Below are positions 15,421 to 25,270 of a DNA stretch of 26,759 bases, piece after piece. The stretch spans positions 1 to 26,759 of the forward strand of contig WAPT01000013.1 in the NCBI GenBank assembly GCA_015520605.1, written 5' to 3'. The notes under the pieces are model-generated. The model was not told the DNA's origin and made no database searches. It saw nothing but the letters and a program-made list of their open reading frames with translations. How positions within the stretch are numbered: the stretch's first letter is position 1; each line of letters opens with the position of its first letter. The stretch comes from Nanobdellati archaeon (GTDB lineage Archaea > EX4484-52 > WAPT01). Both the position numbers and the translations under genes were made by a program.

Positions 15421-18400
15421 ATGAAGATCCGCGATTACTTCGAAATGATCAGAAAGGAGTGTGAGAGAGCTTACGAAATAGCCAACAGGGCCAGGGACAA
15501 GGGATTCGATCCTGAGGATAGAGTAGCAATACCTGTAGCTGAAGACCTTGCCGCGAGGGTGGAAGGCCTTGTATCAATAATATTCCCTCAATTATTCGAT
15601 TCTGGGTTGAAGGAGAGGATAAGGGAACTGGAGAAAGAATATCATAAAAACGACGAGAGAGTGGCATTTATAGTAGGAAAAGAAGTGGCTCTTGACAAAT
15701 TTTGTAACTTCTATTCAAAAGAGAAAGCTGCCGAAGCCGGTGTGAGGGTCGCAGTTGCATACTTAACACTTGGTGTTGTTACAGCTCCTCTTGAAGGCAT
15801 ATCTAAAGTCAAGATTAAGAAAAATAAAGACGGAACGGAATACCTCGCTATTTACTACGCCGGTCCGATCAGAAGCGCCGGTGGTACAGCATCAGCTATG
15901 TCCGTTGTTGCTGCCGACTACATAAGAAGGGCTTTGGGGCTGGATCGCTACAAAGCGGAAGAAGTTGAGATACTCCGTTACTACACCGAAGTGGAGGACT
16001 ACTACAACCGTGTTGCCAAGAAGCAGTACCACCCGACCAAGGAGGAGATAGAGTTCATAATAAAGCATATGCCTGTAGAGATTACGGGAGAGCCAACAGA
16101 GAAGCTGGAGGTGAGCAACTATAAGGATCTGGAGAGGGTAGAGACCAATAGAATAAGGGGGGGAATGTGTTTGGTTCTCCTTGACGGCCTTCCCTTAAAG
16201 GCGGAGAAAGTACTGAAGAGGATAAAGAAGTACGGCCATGAATTCGACCTGGAGGACTGGCTCTGGCTGGAGGAGTTCGTTCAGCTGAAGCACAGGATTC
16301 ATGCTGCCAAGGAAGTCGACGAAGATTCCAGCGTTAAGTACGTGCCGAGCACCAAATACCTTGAAAAGATCGTGGCCGGCAGGCCGATAATAGCGCACCC
16401 GGCAAGAAATGGGGGTTTCAGGCTCAGGTATGGCAGGGCAAGAACATGCGGTATTGCCGCAACGGCCATACACCCAGCTACGGCACACCTGATTGACTTT
16501 CTCGCAATAGGAACGCAGATGGCAACGGAAGCTCCGGGGAAAGCAACCGTAGTTACTGTTTGCGACTCGATAGAAGGCCCGGTGGTTCTCCTGAAAAATG
16601 GAGACATAGTTGAGCTCAAAAGCAGGGAGGGTGTCGAAAAGTACAGAAAAGATGTTGTCAAAATATTAAGTCTGGGAGACATACTTGTGCCGTTTGGCGA
16701 GTTCCTATCCAACAATCATGTTCTCCTTCCTGCAGCTTACTGCGAGGAGTGGTGGGCCCTGGAAGTTAAGAAAGCTTTGGAAGAGGGTAGGAAGTGTAGC
16801 ATTAACTTAACAAAGTATGTGGAAAAACCATACCCTGCTCCATCCTTGGAGGAGGCGATAAAGATCTCGCAGGAACTGGAAGTTCCACTCCATCCCTATT
16901 ACAACTTCTTCTGGCATGATATAACCAAAGAGCAGTTGAAGCTGCTGATAAACCACTTCTCCAGGAGTAAGCTCGAAGGAAACGAGTTAACCGTGAAGTT
17001 CGACAGGAAAGTTCACGAGGTTTTGCAGGAGCTGTGTGCGCCATGTGAAGTTAGGGATGAAAAAATAATCCTGAAGGGAAAAAGTATTGCGATTCACTTC
17101 TGTCTTGGCAGGCCTGATGAAGGTAACGTGAAGGAATTGATGGAAATTGTGGACTCATGCACATCCGTTATGGAAGCGCTACAGAAACTCAGTGGCATAA
17201 AAATAATGGAGAAAGGCCCTACCAGAATAGGGACGAAGATGGGAAGGCCCGAGAAGGCTGATAAGAGGGTGATGAAGGGCAGGCCGCAGATTCTTTTCCC
17301 CTGTGGACAGGAAGGGGGAAGGATGAGGAACATAATGGAAGCCTACTCAAAAGGATACGTGGAAGCGGAGTTCCCCCTGTACAAGTGTGAGAAATGCAAC
17401 GATTTTGTCTTCTACCCTACCTGTCCATTCTGCGGAAGTAGAACAACTCGTTACTACCAGTGCGTGAAGTGCAACAGGATAGTGAAGGAAGAGAAGCACT
17501 GCGGAACAGACGCGAGACCTTATGCTAAAATGAATGTGAAGATAAGGAAGTTTTTGGATGCTGCTCTCAAAAACTTAGGGATGAGTCCTCCTACACTGTT
17601 TAAAGGTGTGCGCGGTGTTTCGGGAGCGGAGAGAACCATGGAGAGGTTGGAAAAGGGACTGTTGCGTGTCATACATGGGCTGTACGTGAATAAGGACGGT
17701 ACGATAAGGTACGACAGCACCGATGTCCCTCTAACTCACTTCAAACCGAAAGAAATTGGCGTGAGTGTTGAGAAGTTAAAAGAGCTTGGTTATACTCATG
17801 ACATTTACGGCAACGAGCTAATACACGAGGATCAGGTTCTCGAGCTGATGCATCAGGATATAATAATCTCTGACAACGATGAGAGTTCTGCAGCGGAATA
17901 CTTATTGAAGGTAGCGCAGTTTGTGGATGAACTTCTCGTGAGGTTTTACGGGCTTGAGCCATACTACAACGCTAAAACAAAAGAGGATCTTGTAGGAAAG
18001 CTGGTGATAGGGCTTGCTCCACACACCTCAGCTGGAATTGTGGGTAGGATAATCGGATTCACAAAAGCAAGGGTGTGCTTTGCTCACCCCTTCTGGCATG
18101 CAGCGAAGAGAAGAAACTGTGATGGAGATGAGGACAGCATAATGCTTCTTATGGACGCTCTGCTAAACTTCTCCAGAAAGTATTTGCCAGCTACACGCGG
18201 AGCTTCAACTATGGATGCACCTCTCGTTTTAACCGTGCAGTTGAATCCAGAGGAGATAGATGACGAGGCATGGAATGTGGACATAGATGATCACTACCCT
18301 CTCGAGTTTTATTACGCCACCCTTCGTTATGAGATGCCCACTGAAGTTGAAGCTAGACCTGAAGTGGTGGAGGATGTGCTTGAAGAGGAAGAGATTCACA

Positions 18401-18876
18401 TTAAGTTCACTCATGACGCGTCAGACATTCACGATGCACCATTCAAAACAAGGTATGTGTTGTTGAAGAAGATGGAGGAAAAGATAGAGGAGCAGTTGAA
18501 GGTTGCAGAACTCATAAGAGCATGCGATGAGAATAAAGTTGCTGAGGCCGTCATAGTCAACCACTTCATGCGTGACATAAAAGGTAACCTAAGAACATTC
18601 TCCAAACAATCGTTTAGATGTGTGGATTGCAACGAGAAATACAGGCGTATGCCTCTGAGCGGGAAGTGTGAAAAGTGTGGTGGAAAGCTTCTGCTCACTG
18701 TGTCTGAAGGCACCATAAGAAAATACGTCGACCCTACCAAAATGCTTCTGGAAAGGTATAAAGTGTCCAGCTATGTTATTCAGGTGTTCCAGCTGCTTGA
18801 GAGAGACATAGATGATCTGTTTGGAAAGAAGGGGAGACAGGTTAATCTTTTCAGTCTTGCATCAAATAACGCATGA
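15421..18876 (+). CDS. polC: DNA polymerase D large subunit DP2 (no intein)
   Basis: DLAARVEGL, YAGPIRSAGGT, GGFRLRYGR, RIGTKMGRPEK, central Zn fingers, NKDGTIRYD, catalytic HAAKRRNCDGDED, MDAPL, and C-terminal Zn finger FRCVDC...CEKCGG. Confidence 0.97.
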   Translation: MKIRDYFEMIRKECERAYEIANRARDKGFDPEDRVAIPVAEDLAARVEGLVSIIFPQLFDSGLKERIRELEKEYHKNDERVAFIVGKEVALDKFCNFYSKEKAAEAGVRVAVAYLTLGVVTAPLEGISKVKIKKNKDGTEYLAIYYAGPIRSAGGTASAMSVVAADYIRRALGLDRYKAEEVEILRYYTEVEDYYNRVAKKQYHPTKEEIEFIIKHMPVEITGEPTEKLEVSNYKDLERVETNRIRGGMCLVLLDGLPLKAEKVLKRIKKYGHEFDLEDWLWLEEFVQLKHRIHAAKEVDEDSSVKYVPSTKYLEKIVAGRPIIAHPARNGGFRLRYGRARTCGIAATAIHPATAHLIDFLAIGTQMATEAPGKATVVTVCDSIEGPVVLLKNGDIVELKSREGVEKYRKDVVKILSLGDILVPFGEFLSNNHVLLPAAYCEEWWALEVKKALEEGRKCSINLTKYVEKPYPAPSLEEAIKISQELEVPLHPYYNFFWHDITKEQLKLLINHFSRSKLEGNELTVKFDRKVHEVLQELCAPCEVRDEKIILKGKSIAIHFCLGRPDEGNVKELMEIVDSCTSVMEALQKLSGIKIMEKGPTRIGTKMGRPEKADKRVMKGRPQILFPCGQEGGRMRNIMEAYSKGYVEAEFPLYKCEKCNDFVFYPTCPFCGSRTTRYYQCVKCNRIVKEEKHCGTDARPYAKMNVKIRKFLDAALKNLGMSPPTLFKGVRGVSGAERTMERLEKGLLRVIHGLYVNKDGTIRYDSTDVPLTHFKPKEIGVSVEKLKELGYTHDIYGNELIHEDQVLELMHQDIIISDNDESSAAEYLLKVAQFVDELLVRFYGLEPYYNAKTKEDLVGKLVIGLAPHTSAGIVGRIIGFTKARVCFAHPFWHAAKRRNCDGDEDSIMLLMDALLNFSRKYLPATRGASTMDAPLVLTVQLNPEEIDDEAWNVDIDDHYPLEFYYATLRYEMPTEVEARPEVVEDVLEEEEIHIKFTHDASDIHDAPFKTRYVLLKKMEEKIEEQLKVAELIRACDENKVAEAVIVNHFMRDIKGNLRTFSKQSFRCVDCNEKYRRMPLSGKCEKCGGKLLLTVSEGTIRKYVDPTKMLLERYKVSSYVIQVFQLLERDIDDLFGKKGRQVNLFSLASNNA

Positions 18877-19080
18877 ATTTCATATGATTTTTTGGAGAAT
18901 AACGTAATTTCATGTTATTTTTTCTATATCAGATGAATTTAACCTTTTTTAATGTTACATCATTTTCCACATGAAATGAAGGGGGGTTAAGTTCATGTAC
19001 TTCCTTCACGTCTCTTACCAAAATCTTTATAAAATTTATGGTAGGTTTTCCACATGAAACAAAGGGGTGTGTTAACTTCA
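18877..19080. repeat. Second ORB-like cluster in the convergent DP2/TctA gap
   Basis: TTCCACATGAAATGAAGGGGGG (18965-18986) and TTCCACATGAAACAAAGGGG (19048-19067), plus minus-strand cores CATATGAAAT (about 18877-18886) and ACATGAAAT (about 18907-18915) and AT-rich spacers. Confidence 0.75.
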
Positions 19081-20295
19081 TCACACCAAATAGTTCAGAA
19101 TTATCGGGAAGATGAGCGCAGCCATCAGTAAACTCTTCTTCACCGCCATACGGTAGGCAAGAATTCCGAGCAAACATGAAGTTAACATGATAAACACGCC
19201 AAGCAGTGATGCTTGGATAAAGGTTAAAACTATCAGAAAAAGCAATATTATAATGCTAAGCTTTCTGTAGTTGATTTCCACAAGGTTTGAAGCGAACCTT
19301 CTACCCGCTACAATCGTTATTGCGGTTGCTAGTGATGCCGATACAACCGTACACAATATTAGGAGGGGTATTAGACTCTTCCCCATCCCGAGACTCTGTA
19401 GAGCTATTGCCACACCCGATCTCGGTCTCAGAATTATAAAAAGAGACATAACGGCAATGAACGCATGCACGGTGTTCGCGCTTCCAAGCATGGTTATGAA
19501 GCTCCTCTCGCTCATCCTTCTCTTCAGCTGAGCGAGAACTATGGAGCTCTGCGTGGGCGTTATGCCGGGGAGCAATCCGGAAAGAATACCGGCAATGCTG
19601 CCAAGGAGGCTGTTAGTCGCGATATCCTTCCAGTTAATTTTGAAAGTCAGCTTTTGCCTCTCTATAGAGGGGGTGGTATGTATGCTCATGATTATTGTGC
19701 TCAATCCGAACAAACCTGTGAGCATCGCTGCCAGCGCATCACCACTCGTCATTGGCAAAGACAGAACAACGATACCAAGAAAGCAACTGAGCAGAATGAT
19801 GATCACTGCGCTTACCTTTTTTCTTTCACCCAACAGAAGAAGGAATATCACACTGATGAGAATGTAAGGTATGAACGACTTTACGGTATTATAAACTTCA
19901 TTTCCGAATGAAAAGAGGAGTGGAAGGAACAACACAGCAAATAAGGAGCCAAACAGTCCGCTTAGCGCTGAGTAAACCAAAGCAACGTAACCGTGTCCGC
20001 GCAGCGTTAGTCTATGTCCAGGCAGCACAGACAGGCAGGTTGACTCGTCAGGCGCTCCAACAAAAATGGACGGAATAAAGTCAACAAAAGTATGTGTTAT
20101 TGCCGCGCTCATTATGAACGTTATGGCTGGTGTAAGCAACAACGGGTTTGCGGAGAGCAAACTACTAATTAGGCTGACAAACAGAAAAGCAGCGGTGTTA
20201 ACATGAACACCGGGAATCAGACCCGTGAGCGTGCCAACGAGCACTCCAAGAAGCATTGCAAGGAGACAGAATACAAGTATGCTGACTAAGGGCAT
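19081..20295 (-). CDS. Tripartite tricarboxylate transporter TctA-like permease (DUF112)
   Basis: GTLTGLIPGVHVN, THTFVDFIPSIFVGAPD, SVLPGHRL...G.G, LTGLFG, GLLPG and RPRSG motifs; multi-TM. Confidence 0.85.
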   Translation of the reverse strand: MPLVSILVFCLLAMLLGVLVGTLTGLIPGVHVNTAAFLFVSLISSLLSANPLLLTPAITFIMSAAITHTFVDFIPSIFVGAPDESTCLSVLPGHRLTLRGHGYVALVYSALSGLFGSLFAVLFLPLLFSFGNEVYNTVKSFIPYILISVIFLLLLGERKKVSAVIIILLSCFLGIVVLSLPMTSGDALAAMLTGLFGLSTIIMSIHTTPSIERQKLTFKINWKDIATNSLLGSIAGILSGLLPGITPTQSSIVLAQLKRRMSERSFITMLGSANTVHAFIAVMSLFIILRPRSGVAIALQSLGMGKSLIPLLILCTVVSASLATAITIVAGRRFASNLVEINYRKLSIIILLFLIVLTFIQASLLGVFIMLTSCLLGILAYRMAVKKSLLMAALIFPIILNYLV

Positions 20296-20330
20296 ATCTT
20301 TTTAAGGGTTAACTCCTTTTTAAAGCATGT

Positions 20331-20669
20331 ATGTTGCCAGCCGGGATCAATCCTAAAGATATGGAGAAGCTCCTGAAAAGGATGGGAATGAACATCGAAA
20401 GTATTGGTGATGCTAGAGAAGTGGTTATAAAGTGTGAGAATAAGGAAATAATAATCAAAGAGCCTGTGGTGCAGGTTGTAAGGCTCCAGGGTATCCAGAC
20501 CTTCCAGATACAGGGCAGAGTGGAAGAGAAACCGCTCATCACAATCTCAGATGAAGATGTTGATCTTGTTGCCCAGCAGGCAAATATCAGCAGGGATAAA
20601 GCCCGAAGGATGTTGGAGGAGTGTGATGGAGACATAGCGGAAGCCATAATGAGGTTGAAGGGTGAATGA
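20331..20669 (+). CDS. nac: Archaeal nascent polypeptide-associated complex protein
   Basis: NPKDMEKLLKRMGM, EVVI, P.V, TFQI.G, and UBA-like EDVDLVAQQA...GDIAEAIM.L. Confidence 0.92.
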   Translation: MLPAGINPKDMEKLLKRMGMNIESIGDAREVVIKCENKEIIIKEPVVQVVRLQGIQTFQIQGRVEEKPLITISDEDVDLVAQQANISRDKARRMLEECDGDIAEAIMRLKGE

Positions 20670-21586
20670 ATCGTGCACACAAACTAACCCTCAATCGAAA
20701 TGTAATTCCTATTGTGACCTTTCTATCCTATCTTTTTATTGTTGTTTTTCTTCATCATCGCTGTAAAACACTGGAATACAAATTGTCCGCGGCGGATGTG
20801 CTCCTGCTTCTTCTGATATCTCTCATTGCAACTCTGATAAAAGGGGTAAGATGGCATTATCTCTTGAAAGAAAGCGGAATAGAGCTGAGGTTTAGAGACA
20901 CATACTTGGTTTATCTTGCAGGCCTCATCGGGGTGGTGACGCCGGCTAAGGTCGGTGATGTTGTGAAGAGTGTGCTTCTCAAAAGAAAGTTTGGATTTAG
21001 ATACAGAGCGGTGCTACCCACAATTTTGATGGAAAGGATAACGGATGTTATCTCTCTCTCCATTCTGTCTCTCTTGGGTGTTTTGCACACAGGATCTGCC
21101 GTCAGCAGATATGTGGTGCTTGGTGTATTTGCGACATTTTTAATGGTGTTCATTTTGAAATCGGATACAGTATTGTCCCTTCTACTCTCCCGAATAGGAA
21201 AAGGTTCTAAACGCATGGCAGCACGCGTTATTCTGAGAAACACGAGAAAATTAATGAAATTACGGGTAATCGCAATCTCAACATTTATAGACAGCGCCGG
21301 GTGGTTGGTGGAAGCAGTAATCTTGTATTATTTAATCCACATTTACGGTTACAACATAGGATTTGCTTCTACAATCTTTACATATGTTTTTTCGGTATTG
21401 GCTGGCGTGCTTATTTTTCTGCCCGGTGGTCTCGGAGCAACTGACGTTAGCATGGTCGCGTTATTGATGTGGGGTGGAATTCCAGTAGCTGTGGCAACAT
21501 CAATTACAGTTCTATTCCGAATCTTCACTTTCTGGTTTCATGCGGGAACGGGAGCGTTCTTCTCTGCTTTTGTGTCGAAAAAATAG
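20666..21586 (+). CDS. Lysylphosphatidylglycerol-synthase TM / flippase-like protein (UPF0104)
   Basis: RWHYLL, TPAKVGD..K, ERITD, LPGGLGATD and FRI.TFW motifs. Confidence 0.85.
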   Translation: MNRAHKLTLNRNVIPIVTFLSYLFIVVFLHHRCKTLEYKLSAADVLLLLLISLIATLIKGVRWHYLLKESGIELRFRDTYLVYLAGLIGVVTPAKVGDVVKSVLLKRKFGFRYRAVLPTILMERITDVISLSILSLLGVLHTGSAVSRYVVLGVFATFLMVFILKSDTVLSLLLSRIGKGSKRMAARVILRNTRKLMKLRVIAISTFIDSAGWLVEAVILYYLIHIYGYNIGFASTIFTYVFSVLAGVLIFLPGGLGATDVSMVALLMWGGIPVAVATSITVLFRIFTFWFHAGTGAFFSAFVSKK

Positions 21587-21618
21587 AATTTATATTTTTG
21601 GGCTTTTGATATTGAGGT

Positions 21619-23118
21619 ATGGGGCAAAAAAAGAATGGGGGAGAAACACAAATTCAAAATTTAATTAGAGACCCTTACAACATTATTTTGCTCGCTCTCT
21701 TTATCTTTTCCCTGATCATAAGGCTCAGGTATGCGTTTCTGCCAACGGTTTGGGTTGATGAGGGGAGATATTCCCTTATAGGCAGAGCTCTTCTTCATCA
21801 CCCGTTAAGCTATGAAACTAACGTTCATGGAGTTGTGAAATCATACCCACCACTATACCCGTTCTTACTCTTTCTCGCTCAGCTCATCTTGGGTGAGGGA
21901 GATTTCGCGACCAGAGTGGTAAATCCCATTCTGGGCGCGTTTCTTGTGCTGGCTGTCTATTATTTTGGAAAGGAATTGTTCAACAGAAGAGTTGGCTTGA
22001 TAGCGGCAGCACTAATGGCTGTTGCTCCCTACAGCATGTTTTTTAGCGATAGAAGATTGCTGGAGATACCTCATGTGCTCTTTTTCACACTTGGCATAGC
22101 TTTCTTTTACAGCGGCTGGGAAAAGAAAAAACCGCGAAATCTTTATCTCAGCGCAATATTTCTTGCACTGGGTGTGTTGGTGAAGCAGCCCGGCTATATA
22201 GCTGTTGCGGTTATAGGTATGTGGCTCCTCCTCTTCTACAGAATCTCTTGGATTAAGGACAGAAAAATATGGAAGGCTGCGCTCATCTTCGTTCTTGTAC
22301 TCGCTCCGTGGAGCATCAGGAGTCTCAAAGTGTGTGGTAAGCTCTCCTGCGAGGCGAGTTATGCTGTGTTCTGGTTTGAACACAAGGGTGGTGGGTTGGA
22401 TGTTGTTCAGGATCCCCTTTATTACATCAAGCTGTTGCCGTGGATACTGAACAAATGGGTGTTCGTATTCTCCTTTTTTATCGGAGCGGTGCTTCTCGTT
22501 TCTGATAAAAACAAAAGGAAAGAATTCACACTCCTTGCATTATGGTTTATCGCAATACTTTTCGTTTTTTCCATAACTCCTGTGAAGGTTCCGAGATATA
22601 TTATCTCCATCATTGTTCCCGGAATTCTCCTCACAGCGTACGGTGTTGAGAGGGTAACATTCACAATCTTCAAGGACAGAACAATGCAAGGCATTATCTG
22701 TGTTCTTCTCACAGGGTTTCTGATGTACTCTTCATACTCCCAGGGTGTGCTGATGATAAAAGCTCATGCGAACGATTTTTCAAAGCTCATCGATGCGGGC
22801 AAGTATTTTGAGAATATACCTCCTAATGAGGTGGTTGTGACCGCCACCCCCGAAATAATAGGATTCTATGGCAACGATCAGAAGGCGTTATACTACCCAA
22901 GGGAGAAGGAAAAGTTTGCGGAGTATCTGTACGAGAAAAATGTCCGTTATGTTGTTCTCGATGCATACGAGAGGACACAACCATCATGGACATGGAATTT
23001 TGTACCTAAACAGCCGTATCTGAAGCCTGTAAAAGCATACTACCAGGGGAGAAAGATCGCAGTGATCATCTACAAAGTCAACAGAACCGCACTTAGACAG
23101 TATCTGGGTGTGCATTAA
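21619..23118 (+). CDS. GT-C fold membrane glycosyltransferase (ArnT/PMT-like)
   Basis: WVDEGRY acidic loop, YPPLYP, YYFGKELF....GLIAA.L.A, LVK, PRY; many TM helices and a C-terminal extracytoplasmic domain. Confidence 0.85.
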   Translation: MGQKKNGGETQIQNLIRDPYNIILLALFIFSLIIRLRYAFLPTVWVDEGRYSLIGRALLHHPLSYETNVHGVVKSYPPLYPFLLFLAQLILGEGDFATRVVNPILGAFLVLAVYYFGKELFNRRVGLIAAALMAVAPYSMFFSDRRLLEIPHVLFFTLGIAFFYSGWEKKKPRNLYLSAIFLALGVLVKQPGYIAVAVIGMWLLLFYRISWIKDRKIWKAALIFVLVLAPWSIRSLKVCGKLSCEASYAVFWFEHKGGGLDVVQDPLYYIKLLPWILNKWVFVFSFFIGAVLLVSDKNKRKEFTLLALWFIAILFVFSITPVKVPRYIISIIVPGILLTAYGVERVTFTIFKDRTMQGIICVLLTGFLMYSSYSQGVLMIKAHANDFSKLIDAGKYFENIPPNEVVVTATPEIIGFYGNDQKALYYPREKEKFAEYLYEKNVRYVVLDAYERTQPSWTWNFVPKQPYLKPVKAYYQGRKIAVIIYKVNRTALRQYLGVH

Positions 23119-23816
23119 TGAACTGGGATGGTGTTTACGTCATCCTGCCTACTCTGAATGAGGAGGAAGGTCTCAGTCATGTGCTCTTGGAACTCAGGAA
23201 AATGAAGTTTCCGATGAGACAGGTTGTGGTCGTGGACGGACACAGCACCGATAATACGCTTGAGGTTGCGAGAAACTACGGAGTCAATATAATTCTGCAG
23301 AGAGGTGCAGGCAAAGGCATGGCCTTTCAGACGTTCATGGAGGAGTTTCTAATAGAAGATGACAACATATACGTTATGCTTGACGCCGATTACAGTTACA
23401 ATCCGAGAGAGGTTGTGAAGTTTGTGAGCACAATAAGAGAAGGTTATGATGTGGTTGCAGGAAGGAGGAAATTCTTCATAGGAGATGCACGCAGCTTTCT
23501 CCATATCTTCGGAAATCTTGCGATATCTTTTGTTTCCGCGCTTCTTACACGCAGAATCTTCCTTGACATATGTACGGGATACTGGGCTTTTAAGGGTAGC
23601 GCCCTCAAAAAAATGGAGATAAAAGCAAGCGGTTTTGAGCTCGAGGCAAATCTTTTCATCGAGACGGCACGGAAAAATCTGAAGTTCAGAAACATCATCG
23701 TTGACTACCGTGAGAGGAAGGGTAAGCGAAAGCTGAAAAGCCTTGATGGATTTAAAATATTGTTCTTTTTATTAAAGGAGTGCTTACAGGGTGAGAAGGG
23801 GTTGAGGACCGCATGA
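23118..23816 (+). CDS. GT2 glycosyltransferase (Dol-P-sugar synthase-like)
   Basis: ILPTLNEE, VVDGHSTDNT, GKG.A, LDAD.SY.P, D...G.R, D..TGY, FELE and Y.ER.G motifs. Confidence 0.9.
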   Translation: MNWDGVYVILPTLNEEEGLSHVLLELRKMKFPMRQVVVVDGHSTDNTLEVARNYGVNIILQRGAGKGMAFQTFMEEFLIEDDNIYVMLDADYSYNPREVVKFVSTIREGYDVVAGRRKFFIGDARSFLHIFGNLAISFVSALLTRRIFLDICTGYWAFKGSALKKMEIKASGFELEANLFIETARKNLKFRNIIVDYRERKGKRKLKSLDGFKILFFLLKECLQGEKGLRTA

Positions 23817-25000
23817 GCGCACGAGTACTGATCTTCCACCCCTATCTCAAAGCGAGGGGCGGATGCGAAAAACTGATAATGGAGTACCTTTCCAGAACGA
23901 GGTTTGATGTTGACCTCTACACATTCATCCACATAAAGGACAGGAGCTTTAAGGAGTTTGAAAATTTTAATGTGATCGAATTAAGAAACGGCTGGCTTAC
24001 AAGGAGGTATGTTGAAGCTTTTTTTACCAGAGGTCTTGTTTTTTCTATCTATGGGATGTTAACAAAACTTCCTGTTAGGAGATATGATGCTCTTCTTATT
24101 TCTGCGGGAGGTTTTGCGGATCTTCTCTCTATCAAAAACAAACTGGAGGGCAGAACATTTATGTACTGCCATACACCGTTGAGAGTCTCATCTGACGTGC
24201 ATGATATAAAATGGGTGGAAAAGCAAATGCCCAGAAAAAAATTGATGTATTTTCTTGCCAGAAAGATGTATTCTTTTGTGGAAAAACTTGCATGGAAACG
24301 CTACGATTTTGTTTTTTTCAACTCGAATTTAAGCAGAAAACGTGCTATAACCAAGAATCTCATTCCTATGGAAAAGACGGACGTAGTATATCCCGGAGTG
24401 GATCTTCCAGAGGTTACTTCCGGCACAAGCTACGGGAACTATATTATTTATGTATCCAGATATAGTACGGCAAAGAGGCAGCTTGAACTCTTAGATGCAT
24501 GGAAAAAATTTTATGAAAAGTATGAGCCTGATTTAACGCTTGTTCTTGTTGGATCCTCGGCCAAAAAACACTATTACCTCAAAGTTATCAGGAAGGCATC
24601 CAAAATTAAAGGTGTTGAGGTATATGCCGATGTAAGTAACGAAGTGCTCAATGAACTTTATAGCAGTGCTATGGTCGGGCTTAATCTTGCATGGCGCGAA
24701 GATTTTGGTATAGTGCCCTTTGAGGTTCTGGCTTACGGCAAACCCTTAATTACTGTTGATGGTGGTGGCTTCATGGAGCTTATAAAAGACGCACCGTCCA
24801 TAATGGTCATAAAAGATACTTTTAATGAGGAGAAATTCATCAACAGAGTCTACAACGCTCTTGTTCAGTTTTGGAGGAACAAAGATTACTATCTTGATAA
24901 AGCAAAACAGAACCAAAAATTTGTTAAAAGCTTAAATCTCAGTTGGGATAGATTTGCAAAGGAACTTGATGAAAAGATTGAACGGCTGATTGGATTGTAA
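23813..25000 (+). CDS. GT4 (GT-B) glycosyltransferase
   Basis: GGCEK, YCHTPLR, NS, VVYPGVD, VSR...KR and EDFGIVPFE..A.GKP motifs. Confidence 0.9.
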   Translation: MSARVLIFHPYLKARGGCEKLIMEYLSRTRFDVDLYTFIHIKDRSFKEFENFNVIELRNGWLTRRYVEAFFTRGLVFSIYGMLTKLPVRRYDALLISAGGFADLLSIKNKLEGRTFMYCHTPLRVSSDVHDIKWVEKQMPRKKLMYFLARKMYSFVEKLAWKRYDFVFFNSNLSRKRAITKNLIPMEKTDVVYPGVDLPEVTSGTSYGNYIIYVSRYSTAKRQLELLDAWKKFYEKYEPDLTLVLVGSSAKKHYYLKVIRKASKIKGVEVYADVSNEVLNELYSSAMVGLNLAWREDFGIVPFEVLAYGKPLITVDGGGFMELIKDAPSIMVIKDTFNEEKFINRVYNALVQFWRNKDYYLDKAKQNQKFVKSLNLSWDRFAKELDEKIERLIGL

Positions 25001-25011
25001 ATGTGTGTGGT

Positions 25012-25225
25012 GTGGGTAAGGAAACTATCGTTACCGGTGGGGTTGGTTTTATAGGGAGACATTTTATAAGAGGACTTTTGAATGAATGCTACAGGGCTTA
25101 TCCCACAGGATAACTTTCATACAGGCACACAGAATAACAGAGAAAAAGGCGCTCATTATTTTCTAAGTACTGTCGGTGATGTATCTTCCATACCAAAATG
25201 CGCTCAAAATGTTGAAAAAAGCTAA
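25012..25225 (+). pseudogene. Remnant of an NAD-dependent epimerase/dehydratase (extended SDR) 5' end
   Basis: Frame from 25012 reads VGKETIVTGGVGFIGRHFIRGLL... and stops at 25111. A shifted frame continues DNFHTG...GDV and stops at 25223. Confidence 0.75.
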
Positions 25226-25270
25226 AAAATTTAAAAACACCCCCTCACTACATACTTGGGAGGAGGCGTC

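Noticed and set aside
15421-18876. Intein in DP2 (also checked cdc6)
   Set aside because: The usual insertion site RRNCDGDED is contiguous and protein lengths are normal.
18929-19177. 82-aa ORF across the second ORB cluster
   Set aside because: It overlaps the TctA-like gene out of frame and runs through repeat DNA with no recognisable motif.
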